Of a stretch of DNA of 42,256 nt, positions 1-13,033 are shown one piece after another. Origin of the DNA: Sphaeroforma arctica JP610 (Eukaryota); the NCBI RefSeq assembly GCF_001186125.1, contig NW_014040039.1, positions 1 to 42,256 of the forward strand, given 5' to 3'. Position 1 is the first letter of the stretch; every line of letters begins with the position of its first letter. The translations under genes were made by a program, and so were the position numbers. The notes below the pieces were generated by a model that was given only the letters and a program-made list of their open reading frames with translations, did not search any database and was not told the origin of the DNA.

Positions 1-537
1 TGTCAGCTAGCTATGTTATGCCAAGAGCTTACCTACAACTTCAGTAAAGCTGTGCTGTCAAATGTCCGAGTGTCATATTGTTGGAATGTCCGAATGGTTG
101 TTATTGTGAAGAATGGATTCATCTGATAAACATCCGTCATCGGCATCAGTTTGATCGAAATACACATATTTATGTATAATTTACATATATGATTGATAAC
201 GTACAAAATATATATAAACAAATAAATATGATACCGGGGAGAATGGGGTGACAGGTGACAGGTGACTGGGTCAGTAGGGACAGACCGACAGACACGAAAG
301 TCAAAATTTGAGTTCCCTCATCCCTGTCTGACTGAAGGCTGACACTCGTGACAGGCTGACCGACTACTCACTACAGCCTTCCATAGGGAATTAAATATTT
401 ATTAGTAGCCCCCCCCCCTGAAAATGAAACAGAACATTCTTATTTATATAAATATACTAACCCGCCAAATTACACCAATGGGATATTGATACGCTACCAG
501 GCCAACGAGAGGCGGGATCGTGGAACAAAAGCTCTCT

Positions 538-574
538 GGGCCTGGGCCCTGGGGACGCCCTGGGGCCCCTGGGG
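538..574 (+). promoter_or_regulatory. G-quadruplex-forming motif (CCTGGG-type repeats) upstream of the kinase gene
   Basis: GGG-cct-GGG-ccct-GGGG-acgccct-GGGG-cccct-GGGG matches the canonical G3+N1-7 pattern. Function is not shown. Confidence 0.4.
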
Positions 575-793
575 ACCGCTGGCTCTGGGTCTAAAACTGC
601 AAATATGTTCTGTATTGGTGTTTTTCCACATAGTTATGTATCATTCGCAAGTATCCCACATCTAAATACCTTCAATCATGATTAGACGCACATGAACCGG
701 ACGGGACTTTGCCATCCTGAGCGATACCCGTACAACTCAATTCTTAAATCTGGGCTACGTATCTAGTTGAATACTTCTCGTATAGCACAGAAG

Positions 794-3700
794 ATGCGTA
801 TCCATGATCGTTCCGATCCAAATGACAGTTTATATGTGAGTGATAGTGATTACTGTGAGTCTTGTGATTCACCCATCCCGGACCCCCTGGCACACGCTCT
901 ACGTATTGCGAAAGCCGAAAACGCGATTTCATTAGACACGCCAAGTAACAAATCACCTGACAATTATGATAACGGTGCAAAGAGTTTAGAAACCATGTCG
1001 AATGATCATGCCCTACGCCCACGCAGTCGTGCGCGTTCGATTGCACACCAACCACACACCGACTCAGCTAACCGTGACATATCTAAAATTTCGCGAGAGG
1101 GAAATATCACAGTAGGCACAGACACAAAGATAGCGGCACACGAAAGTGTGGATGACACTGATGATAATGCGACGGACTGGTCTGTGTTCTGGGTGCCCAC
1201 AACTAAGGATATACTTGCAATTAGAGACCATGCTGGGGCGGGCATGGTGTCAGAACCATACTTGCGCACACTGCGTCAAGTGGCGAAGAGCAGTAGAAAA
1301 TTCGCCGAACAGTTCAGGCCGTATATCGGTTGTGTCTTTGACGAGACTACGGGCATGCCTATAAGCGGGAAACACACTCTGGATACGGGGGAGTTGGACG
1401 GAAGGGGTTGCGATGGCTACGTGTACTTCACCACAGATTCCAAACCAGTAAAGAAGGTGAAGGAAAATGGCAACGTCCTGGTGGTCGTGCGCGGACTCCT
1501 TGGTGTGTATAAACGTGTGTGCTGCTCCTGGTGTCTGCTACTATGAATTACTGTGGCTTTGGTTTTACGGTGTGTCTGAGCTCGGATTTATCGGGTGGTT
1601 GGCAGGTATAAGTACGGAGCTTCTTACTATGATTGGGCTTGAGTATGCATCTGGATCCTTGTATTTATTTGATTGCTCATTTGAGAATTCTGTGTAGCTT
1701 TTCGAGTACGGTGCGGGTTAGTATTTTGTGTCAAGCTGTGTACAAACCGTAAGTACAGTACTTCATACACTGTGAATCGTGTCAATGCTGAGTTGACCAG
1801 TGGTTGTGTGATATTCACTGAATCTTTTGTGTTATATACGGTATCTCGTGTGTCTCCGTGCTACACATCCTTATTACAGTTAGCATAGCTTATATTTAAT
1901 GACGATTATTCGTGGTGCAGTGTCAAGTGCTACGCTTCGCAAAACTGAGAGTTGGAGTACTCTGCAATAAGTGTAATCCTTTGTTTTTGGGATTAGAATA
2001 ATTAACCATAGTATTATATCAACAAGCCCCTTTTTGTCGGTTACTTCAATAAATGAGCAAATCATTGTGCTTGTGCATTGTTGAGCATAGCTTTAGTTTG
2101 CGCACACACGACTATGCGGGTTTGCGGTCGATTGTATGATATGTCTGTTATGGTCAGAAAACGTCATGTGAGCTGAGTTGATATATGCGTACCCACTGGG
2201 CAGGCGATGAGAAAGTCACACTGACGGTATGTCGGCTTACGGGCAACCGCATGTATCCGGACATCATGGAGATGGATGGTGTGAGAGGCTCATGGGGTGT
2301 CAATGTTCTCGCCAGTACGTATGCATGCCCCGAGGATATCGAAGTGCTGCAGGCGCTTTTGGTGGAGGTGAGTGAGTTTTGTCGCTACGCGGTATGTTCT
2401 TTAAAGTCAATACCAGACTGTACATATGCTGCGATGCTCTATCCGATTCCAAGTGACCGCTCCTACTCAGATCTTACGACCGATGCTGGTTTAAAAGTGT
2501 TATAGACCGACAGATTTGTGTATCGCAGCAGCGTTAGCGCCAGTGAAAATGGATTGACGTCCGTTGTTTGATTTTAAAAGCGGCCATCTAAGTTCGCCGA
2601 CATATGTAAATCGTCCACTATTGTTCGCAGACAGTACGTACTCGTTGTTCTACTGCTTGTATAGTCAGATGTACAATTTGAAAAGTCACTCTCGGCCTCA
2701 CCTCCGCTGTTTGATGCACGTTTCTGCGCTCTGTACTGCACCCTGCTATGTATGTCGTTTGAAGCCGACATTGTTCTGGCAATGGCGGTTGCTGTTTGTA
2801 CTGGTAATACGGGGTGCTATCTGTATTAAACTTTAACGGGTCTATGATTCGTACAGGACAATAAATGTTTTCCCTTAAAGCCAGTGCTGTATCCTGCGGA
2901 ATGCCGTGCGCGGCTCATCGAATCAATGGCGACAGCGACTGAGGGCCTTTCCCCTGTTAGGGCTTTCTTGAAGATCCGTATGTGAACTGTGTTGAGGAAC
3001 ATGCACGCACTAATCTTCTCAAACGTAGCATTGCCAAAGCGATGACTCAGTTCGTTTGTCACTAGCTTGTATATAAAATCACGTCAAAAAAAATTGTATA
3101 ACTGATGTCCACAGGGATTCGCAGTCGTGCGACCGTTAAAAAAAAGTTATGTACCCTTATTCCCAATCATTTATTAGCAGAAGGCAGTAGGACCAAGCTT
3201 GAACCGCTGCGCTGATATTGCATTTCATGCGTAGCATCACGGCATTGACTGTACCCTATCAAATCACGCTTCAACCTCACTGTATGCCTTATGTGTGCAC
3301 TTCTCATCCTGTATCACACAGATGGTCTTGCAAGTCATGTGAATGTGCTCGGCCAAGACGAGATGGAGCGAACACAAGGCGATATGGTTGGCGACGGAAC
3401 GTTTGGAGCCGTATACAGGCTAAACGATAGCCCCAATCATGTGCTGAAAATGTTCAAGACAGAGTGTAATGCCGAGGACCGTTTGAATGAGATCATGTGT
3501 CTGGGGTAAGATGCGGGTTATACTTATCTTTCTGCCAATTGGCTTCTTTTTATATACTGATAAAACTAGTTTTTTCCGTCGCTGCTTGTACTATCAATAA
3601 GACCTCCTATAAATCTGTCACCAAACCTGAACCCGGAGTACTTTCTAGAAAACAACGGAGCTATGACCCGCCTATAACTGAGGTTCTTGTACAGACTGCC

Positions 3701-5927
3701 GAATACCGTAGTCCTCTATCTTTGTTATAATCCAACGAGCCCCGCCCGTTGAGTCATATCACCACTTAGCTGCTACCTATCCCTGTTTTTAACATCTACA
3801 CTGTGCTATAATTGACACGCACGAAAAGTCCTTAATATATATAGCATGCAAGGTGATGTCCACGCGAAGCAATGACATCCAAGCCATTCCACTGTAAATC
3901 CATGTGCTTATCTGTATTTAGAGCTCTGCAAGGGGTTGAGAGCGTTCCGAAATTGTTCGCTGTAGTTGAAGCGCAGTTCGACGGTGATAAAGATACAGAT
4001 ATAGAGGAAGGTCTGCACTTCATAGGCTACGTTTGCACCAGGTAAGATACTAATTTGGGGCATCGTGTATGCTGAGCAAGAACGCGACTCGTGCATTCCA
4101 CATGTGCATAGATATAGTGATAAGTGGTATAATAACCTCTACTTCGTGTGGGGCTGTAGAATTCATGCTCTTGTTCCTCTATTGGGCATAGTCTAAGGAT
4201 ACTAATGGGGGTAACAAACCCCTGGGCGTGTTTCGCGGCAGCATGTGTGCTGCGTGTTTACATCAGTGATATTCAATTCGTGTACTTCGCAACGTACTAT
4301 TGTGAGTTACACCGGCGATGAGACACCAAATGGAAGGAACATGTGTTGTAATTCTAAAAGAATGCCCTAAGATCATCTACGTTTCCGTTTGTGTTTGACT
4401 TTTTATCATCAATAATTAAGCGCTTCTCTTACCCAAATTGTACTAACAATTATACTTACCGATCTTTATTTATTTTTTTAATTTTCAGATATGATTATAC
4501 ACTATTAGACTATCACAAAGAGAATCCAAATGCGGCCGATGTATATAGCTTGATAACCGGACTGGTAATCTCTCTGCGAGACATTCACAGGCAAAGGATC
4601 TGCCATCTGGACCTGTGCGACCGAAACGTCATGGTAACCCGGCCTCCAGCACACAAGCCTGGTATGTTCTTGTATTTACTTACACATTGATATGTATGGG
4701 TTAGGTCTGCGTGTAGTTGTCAAGCCTGGTAAGTTCATGTAAATACTCGCATATTGGTAAGTATAGGGTGAGCGTGTATATGTATATTAAACCTGCTAAA
4801 TTCATGTAAAAACTCGCATATTGATATACATGGGTAGGTGTGGGTGTGTCCCAAGCATGGTATTTCTCGTACTCTTTGCACGCACTCGCGCCGGATCGTG
4901 TATCCTGAAACAGCGTGCGTATACAGAAGTACAGTTGGAATGCTATCTTATTCAGCCGAAGGTATACGTCGCCCGTACACGTCTACAGTGTCATGAAGTT
5001 GTAGAGCAACAATATGGCTTATCGCTTTCCACTTTCTTCATGCATGTCAATTAACTCAGCGCCATTCACCCATCTTAGGGGATTCAATGGGTCAGTGTCC
5101 TCAGTTCTATGCTCATTTATTTTTCATTTTTGACTTGCTTGCCTTGTCTAGGTACTACGTCTAAGCTTGAGGTGTCTATCATTGACTTCGCGGGAGCCTG
5201 TTTACTGCCGGAATCGATGCTCTTCTTGCCGAACCCGCTTATCGCCAAATGCACCTACCGCCCGCCAGAGATCTTTAAGGCGCGCAATATCAAGGCCGGC
5301 GAAAAGACTGGTATCTTGCCATTCACCCAAGCACACCCTGTGAGTGCACCTCGTAATCGTAGTATGCAGGCAAATGGAAGCTCGCCAGCGAATGATAGTT
5401 CAAAGAAAAATCTCTCTGCACCACAAACACGCAGACAATCACAATCGCCGACCAGATCACGTTCACAGTCGCAGAATAAGGAGCCTGTCGCAGCTGTCGA
5501 TAACGTTGCCGAGAGTAAAAAGTGCGGAGTAAGCGGGTCCTCTAAAACTTGGGTGGGCTATGTTGAAATCACCGACGAATCCTCATCAGAGTCGGAAGAG
5601 TCGACCGACGAGAAGAAGAGCAACAAACAACGATTAGTCGACGGACGTAAACTGGATGTGTGGGGGTTGGGGGTGATCTTTACCGAAATTTTGACACGTG
5701 GAATTAAGGCCTGGGGAGGTACCTTCGATGCCACGAGACTCAACCAGATTGTTAGCAGTGAGAAAGCCATCAAGCGTTATATCGAGGAAAGTGTGGAGGG
5801 GTCAACTTGGCGCGAATTGTTGGGTAGTTGTTTGGCTGTGAAACCGTCGAGGCGGTGGCTATGTGATGAAATACTCGACTACATGAAAGAGAATAGAGAT
5901 AACCTGATGGAGGAGTTGAAAGGGTAG
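794..5927 (+). CDS. Divergent eukaryotic protein kinase, 7 exons, about 736 aa, with a long N-terminal extension
   Basis: Phase-compatible GT-AG exons 794-1502, 2204-2367, 2665-2749, 3322-3505, 3922-4041, 4489-4661 and 5152-5927 sum to 2211 nt with no internal stop. Kinase motifs occur in order: GDGTFGAVY (Gly loop), VLK, NE (alpha-C), HLDLCDRN (catalytic loop), DFA, TYRPPE, DVWGLG and PSRR (subdomain XI Arg). The link of exons 1-3 to the kinase exons and the start codon rest on phase matching only. Confidence 0.85.
4654..4886 (+). repeat. Degenerate tandem repeat of about 65-67 bp (about 3.5 copies) spanning the kinase exon 6 splice donor
   Basis: Units start at 4654 (caagcctggtatgttcttgta), 4721 (caagcctggtaagttcatgta), about 4788 (aaacctgctaaattcatgta) and 4852 (caagcatggtatttctcgta). 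Confidence 0.8.
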
Positions 5928-6821
5928 GTTTTTTTTCAGTCAAGTGGTAGTTGTCTGAGAAATATGGATTATGATTGCGTGCTGTTCTTTGTATACCTTA
6001 CTCGTCCTCAGGCGCTGCAATACTTACTATACTTTGTGTACTAGAAATGGTTTTAGGGGCTTGTGCTCGGGATCATTGATGCTAGCTAGTTTCAAGGTGT
6101 TTGAAACATATGCAATAGATGTTAGGGCGGTGACCTTCGCGTCGCATTGGCTCGCTGTTGTCCGCTATAGTAAATGCTGGGTGAGCATCCATCGCAACAC
6201 ACACTTACATGTCCAGTGAAAATGTACTATGGCGCAGTCAAGTGTGTATGCGATATTATCGGATCTGTTATGTTCAGTTGGGATCCATTACGAGTTTTCA
6301 AGCTGCTATCTCATTCTTTCGATTGCTCTTTGTGCATTCTATTTTCATATTGCAACATAATTTAGATTACCCGTCAAAAGTGGAGCGAGAACGAAGAAGA
6401 GTCGACAGCTTGACAAATACCAAGACACGAGCATGTTGAATCCGAAACCGCGCAAGGTATTATGATGTCTGAAACAAGTATGAATTTACTCCACTATGTA
6501 CCCGCTCTTAAAACTTTATAGAAGCTCATGTGTCGCCTATCGACTGCTTGGCTATCCAAAGCAATTAGGAAAGTCGCCATCGTTGTGAGAATCTTTGCGT
6601 GAAAATTGGTTTGCACATTTCATTAAAGCTGTATGAAATACTTTTCTCTCTATATCATATCTATCGGCCGAAACTGCGGGTCATCAATAATACTGAACAA
6701 GCAAGCGCGCTACAGTTTGTCAATCCTTTCTATGTTGCATTTCCGCTCATCACTGTAGTCATGATTGCAGTTGAAGTGTATCGCAGATTAATGATTCCTC
6801 CAAACAATTGATTTCGTATAA

Positions 6822-8749
6822 ATGAAGCTCGCCAAACAAGAACCAGTTGGTAGAAGTACTAGGAGGAGAGGCAACGACCCAAATAATCATCCCGAGAAGT
6901 CGTCCAAACCAACTATGCGCACTATAAAGTCTCCCGGCTCGGCAACGGGAGGAAGAATTTATCCCCTACCTGTTCCCCTCACGTGTCTGGAACCTGAGCA
7001 CTATATGATTATCCGCAAGTTAAGTAAACCGCGGTATACAGATAATCGCATTCAGATCTCCGAGGAACACATAATTGGTTCAAATGGGCCGGTGGGAGTA
7101 GATAGAAATCTCAATGGTGGAGACGGTGGGCCATGGAAACCCGCAAGAGGAAGAGCCCGTGAGCACAAACAAACCGTAAACTACGAACGGCTGCATGATC
7201 CTGTACCGCGAGCCGGGCGATTAGAACAACCCGCTCAATCCGAAGCCTACAATGATATGACTAGCGAAGAGGATGAGGAAATGGTTGACGCTGGAGGGGA
7301 TGAAGACGAAAGGAGGAGGAGTTTTCAATTGCTCAAGCATATTGCGCAATGGAAGGCGGCAAAGGCAGAAAAGAGAGCGAGAAGTACTCAATTGGGGTCC
7401 GATGCAGAAGGTGGTGGCAGCGCGACTCTTCAAGAAAACAAAGCATCACACAATACGTATAAAATTACGTCGACAATTGGTATGCCCATTACTGTGAAAC
7501 TTCGAACTGCTGTTGCTGGATTGTTTCTTTTAGCAACCTGAGTTATTTGTGATGGGGACTGTGACTAGTTAGGTAGAACCTTCTTGAAGGCTTTCTTCAC
7601 AACATATCATACCCCCAAAAACGACCATCACTTATATGCAGCCGAAATCTCCGAGTAGTTGTATGATCTATACTGTAGTGGGGGTCGACTTAATGACTTG
7701 CATACTGGATTGTCTGTTCTGCAAGCGACGATCCTTTTTGCGTATTTGTCTCGCAAAAAGTTACTAAATCTATTTTCTTATCACTTGGCTATGCATTCCT
7801 CACAGGTACGCGAGCAAACGAAAAGCCCGCGCCTTTAGCTGATAACGGTGTTCCAGTGTCGCTGCCGCCGCCAGCTGCACCTTTAGTTTTGCCAAGTAAC
7901 TGGCAATGCGCCCGATCTAGTAAGAATCCACATACAAATACAAATCAACTATTAGAAAACACGAATTTTCCAGTACGAGATGTGCTGGGGCAAAATCGCT
8001 TGGATATGCATAACCATGCTCCTATGAACGATCACTACTCGCAGGCACGAAAACAGCCTGTTGTGGATCCGGACATGCCGCCAATGCGCCAAGTAAAAGG
8101 AAGAACGATCGGCCAGAACCATTCCGATTCCGATTCCCAAAATATCAATCAAAATCGACGTGATGCCGCAATTCATTCCACCCCGTTGCTAGGGCAGCAG
8201 GCCTATCTCAACCCCACGAGGCAGACTGTTGTGGTGGATTATAAAAGTACAAAGACAGAACCCACGAAGAAGATTATGCACGGTTATAGTAGCACACAGA
8301 CAGAACCAACGGAGACAGTTCTGGGCGTGTATAAAAGCGTAAATGGGTATCGAAAATCACCTGCACAGCCAGTCACACAAACCAGCTCAAGTGTCGCTGC
8401 GTTGACACAGAACTCTCAAGCATGTGTATATTCCGGGACAATCGTAAGGCCGCCCGCCCATAAGCCTACTTCAGTACCTCAACAGCCCTATAGCCATGTC
8501 TCGAAGGTGACGCACAAGGGAGAACTCATGCAGCGTCCACCGACGAGTCAGCCGTCAACAGGTCATCCGCCGCCACAGCCGCACGTTATGTCTGCGCCAT
8601 CGATCCACACGTATGGGATTATACCAACTCAGTTCAATAGATCTGCCACCCAAATTAGAAACTCTGTTAATACCCACATACAGCGGTATCAGCAGCAAGG
8701 CCTGCCACGCACGGGCCACCCTCATGGCCCAGCTGAAGGAACTGGATAA
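6822..8749 (+). CDS. Hypothetical low-complexity (Pro/Gln/Ser/Thr-rich) protein, 2 exons
   Basis: Exon 6822-7479 (G|gtatgc, phase 1) joins exon 7806-8749 (tcctcacag|GT, phase 1) in frame with the 7856 ORF. No recognisable domain. Start and end are uncertain. Confidence 0.5.
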
Positions 8750-8850
8750 CAGTCATGAAATCATTAGAAAACTAAAGTCCACCATATCACTTAATTTTGG
8801 AGTCATTGGTGGCCTATCGACCTGGCTCTCATGTTTACCAACTTACAATA

Positions 8851-8906
8851 GTTTCGGTACAAGTTGAAAATATACGAGGTTTCGTTACAAGTTGAAAACA
8901 TATGAG
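8851..8906 (+). repeat. 28-bp tandem duplication
   Basis: gtttcggtacaagttgaaaatatacgag followed by gtttcgttacaagttgaaaacatatgag. Confidence 0.85.
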
Positions 8907-10765
8907 GTATTGATCCAGCTGCAAACGACCTCCTCGTGGGTATTGGTTTCGATCTGATGAGATACCCAAAATGCGACAATGTCCCATAGTCCAGACAATA
9001 TATGGAAATGCAGATCTATACGAATGTGGCGGTATTAATGCCTTGTGGGGCTGATCTGCTCGTGGAGCCACTTCACGAGTTGAGAAAATAAAATTGCAGA
9101 CCAAAAAAAAAGTTGATTCCTTGCGTGATCAAAATCATGGGATGTATTGTGCTCTGAATTTTACTAGCTCGACTGAAGTTTAACGAGCGTGATACTTTAG
9201 CGACTGCATGTACACACGTGCCGATTTTCCTATTGTCAAGTGTTGCGCGTACATTTGACATGGTCAAAATAAGTCTGCTCGTCGGGCGACTACACTATTG
9301 TAGCTGAGTTGTCAGACAGAACGTGATATCGTGTTCGAAACTGTAGAAGAATGGACCTCGATAGTTAGCAATAATGCTACTTTCAGTATGTGGCGAGATA
9401 CTATAAAAGATGATAAATCCAGTCGCGTTTTCAGTGGCCTTACTTCATTTATAAATGATATTGAATACTCAAAATTTGTATTAATTCTCACAGAAACACA
9501 CACATACTAAAAGTATAAAACAGCTATTCTGATACATATACACCTATGTATTCACTTATTTTTCGACATGACCTTGCATGTGGTTTATTGTACATATTGA
9601 GGATCTTCCTTCAAAGATATATATATCAAATTTAGTTTACGATCTATTCAGTAACCAACAATCAATGCTTATATGCCGGCGAAGTCAGTTGCCGCCATAT
9701 CGTTCGCGCACTAACCAGTGATATACCTTGGTCTTAAGCACAATACTCTTTGGTCCTCAAACTGTTCAAAAGTTCAAACCATTGAACCTATAAGGTGCTA
9801 TCATAAGCGGTTCAGAAATCATAGGAACAATGACCCGTACCTAGCAGTCATGGGTGATAACTGCAACATTGTTTTCAAATATGAAATGACCAAACTCAAT
9901 TTTGGTTCTTGTTCAAGAAACAGCTGTAACAGGTAATTTTTATCCTTGTTTCTTAAGTAAAAAGAATGTCAGATGAAATTACGGGTCCAAATAGTAGATA
10001 GGATATAAAATACTATACATATTGTATCAGGCAATGCTTGGCTCTTTTTCAACACTAGAAAACCAAGAAGGATCATCTGCAATTCGTATTTGAATTACGC
10101 ATTGACATTGCCTTCTCCCGGATGATTTTTTTCGGCAGGCTCAAAAATTGCCCTGATCCGAGCTATATTCTATACCACCCGCACGATTAAATCCTATTTT
10201 CACAAATCATGTGGACGCCTATACTGAAAAATAGAGCGGAACAGATATATGTGCCTAGCTATTACGCAGCCAAACAAAAATTGAAAATAAATTCATACGC
10301 ACAGACAACTATTTACGAAGTTACATGGGCCGTGCGAGGGTATTCAAATGTATTGCATTGCTGTATAGAAACAAATGATCCTAAGAACCAACCCACGGAA
10401 GGAAAGAATATCTCAACCGGCCACAAGCAGCTTAAATTCAGTCTTGAACAACTTCTGGATTAGGCCAGGTCAGGAAGTAATCATGCCCAGTAGAAGTATC
10501 GACTGAGCCAGCAGGCCGCCGTTCATGGCTATGTCGCACGGCTGCTTAATGACTTAGCCGGATAAATTGGAAATCGGTCAAAAATACGATGTGAACCCCA
10601 TGATTGCGTCCGCCGCTTGTCAAGATTTTGTTGAAATTGAAATCAAGCTTAATTTCGGTAATCCACCCGACTCCTGTTCCTCCGCCCCAACATTCCATCG
10701 CGAAAGTAACATCAGCAGTCTCTAGTCACGAAAAATACATTTTGCAATTTCCATTGAGCCCCGCT

Positions 10766-11225
10766 AAGAAGTATTGTATCGACACAAATCGCGACATTGC
10801 TTATAGATGCAATCAGTATTGGTCATTTTATATACAATTGAGTTCAAACAAACAACGACCGACAACAATGGAGGAAGTATAACTAGTCCACTTAATTTAG
10901 CCCAACATCATTGTGCGACAGCATAGGTCACCTCAAGGTGAAGGTCACGTTGAAATATCGGTTTAAATCGAGACTTGCTTCTATACATGAACCAAATTCC
11001 ACAAAGAAATATGGTAACGACACAAGTCTAGCCATTGCTTGTAGATATAAGCAGTCTTGGGTCTTTATATACAAATGAGTTCAAACAAATACTGACCGAC
11101 AACAATAGAGTAAGTATAGCTGGACTACTAATACTCCAGGCCAACATCATTGTGCGACAGCATACGTCACCTAAAGGTGAAGGTCAAGTAGGAATTTGGG
11201 TTCAAATCGAGGTTTGCACCGAACC
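10766..11225 (+). repeat. Diverged tandem duplication of about 238 bp (2 copies)
   Basis: Shared blocks recur 238-239 bp apart: aagaa-tat-gta-cgacacaa (10766/11004), tttatatacaa-tgagttcaaacaaa, ccaacatcattgtgcgacagcata and aggtgaaggtca (10936/11175). Confidence 0.85.
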
Positions 11226-12984
11226 AGATATGCGTTCGTCTATAAAAATTTAAAACGCCTTTGACTTGTGACTCATACGCTCGATTCGTCTGGCGATCAC
11301 AAGATTGAGCCGTATGATGTAGTATTGAATACAGAATTCAATCTAAAAGCAAAAGCACATGGAGTAGTGCGCTGTTTCAAAACGCCTCCCATATATCAAC
11401 CATATAACAAATTCGTACTATAGTATAGAAAGGTAAAGCAATTGATAGCCAACAACAATATGTACCTTATGTTTAGCAGAAACACGTATCTATTACTGAC
11501 ACATACAACTTCCCCTTCTCCTATATTCAATGACCAATGTTCAGAGCGACACTAGCTTTCGTTGCTAAAATACTAAATGATCTATAAAGATATTAGCAAT
11601 AGTATATGACTATGGCATTGAACGCGATGTACAGGATTTGCTTTTTGTCTATTTCAACCGATAAGACAATGATGAACGAACATGAATACTCCCTAATAAT
11701 TGGCGAGATCAATTACGAGTGATGTTTGAAACAGAACTAAAAAAATGTTAACTCTAGATCTCAATAAAAAAACATCGAACGCGAGCCAACGGAAATTAAA
11801 TATATAGAACAATTTAATTCTCGCGAAAGTTATAACAAACGAGTAAATCTTATTTGTCCGTCCATCTCAGCACCATCGGGTACACCACAGTCTGTAGGTA
11901 CTTAAAGGAACGGTTATTTTTCTACCTTAGTCTAAAATACCGTCATCGGGTTCCGTATTTTTAAGTGATGCGATCTGCTATAGATTTGAGCCTAGCAAGC
12001 AAAAGATACTCGAATTTAGATTCCATATTTGTTGTTAAAACATACTTTTAGACTCTTCGCCAAAACTTCAAATCGACAATACCACAACCTTGCTTTCCAC
12101 TTCAGCACAAGAAGATTAGTCTCAGAGAACCTACAGTTGCTTCAACCATGGACAACTTCAGATGTGAAAAAAGAGTTTAGCTGAAAAGGCTAAAAAGGAA
12201 GCTGATGCGCGTAGGGCTGCAAATCTTAAGCGCATGCTGAAGAACAGACGAAGGAACAAGAGGATAAGAAAGCAGTAGAAGACTTTAAAAAAGCCGAGCT
12301 ATAGAGAATTCCTTTGTCCCCTTCCAATAAATTGGTTAAAAACGATCATCCACCAAAGACTCATACACAGAATCCAAAACCCATGAAGAATTTTATATTT
12401 CAAAAGATAAAGGACTCGAGCATCCACTCATGTAGAATATAAGAACTTACATCGGACAGAGGTACGCCTCGAAAAAGACACTGAGATGTCTAAGCCGCCT
12501 TCAAATACAAACCGACACTGAATCTCCTATAAAGGAAACGCGACCAAGGATAGCCAATCTGACGAAGAGTAGATCGAGTTTTCTTCAAAATCCCAATCTC
12601 CTATCCTCGAGTCAGACTCTTACAAAGAAGACGTCTTCGACGACATTCACGACAAGCCGATCGAGGAAGGTGAACTCGATCAAACTGAACATGAACTTGA
12701 TCGAATCGAAAAAGCTATCATAGAAGACTATGGCAACGATATCGCTCCTAAAAAAACGAGAGATAGAACAATTTGGCACTCCCTCACTCGGAAATAGAGT
12801 CATAGGCTGGGTAATACTCATCCAGACATCATCGAGCTAGAGTTACCAGAATGTACGATCATAAGGCTTCAAAATCGATATGAGTATACACTTTATAAAT
12901 AGTCTCTACCTACCACTTTCATGTGCGGAAACGCTCTACGATCCAACCGCAGACGTCAAAGATAGTCTTTTAGACCATACGGTA

Positions 12985-13032
12985 AATGACTGAACCAACC
13001 AACCTAGTACTAGGTTGGTTGGTTCAGTCATT
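12985..13032. repeat. Perfect 48-bp palindrome with no loop
   Basis: aatgactgaaccaaccaacctagt|actaggttggttggttcagtcatt; the second half is the exact reverse complement of the first. Confidence 0.97.
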
Positions 13033-13033
13033 C

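Noticed and set aside
10440..10730. Coding-like minus-strand frame (FAMECWGGGTGVGWITEIKLDF...)
   Set aside because: Interrupted by stops, with no recognisable family and no consistent exon chain.
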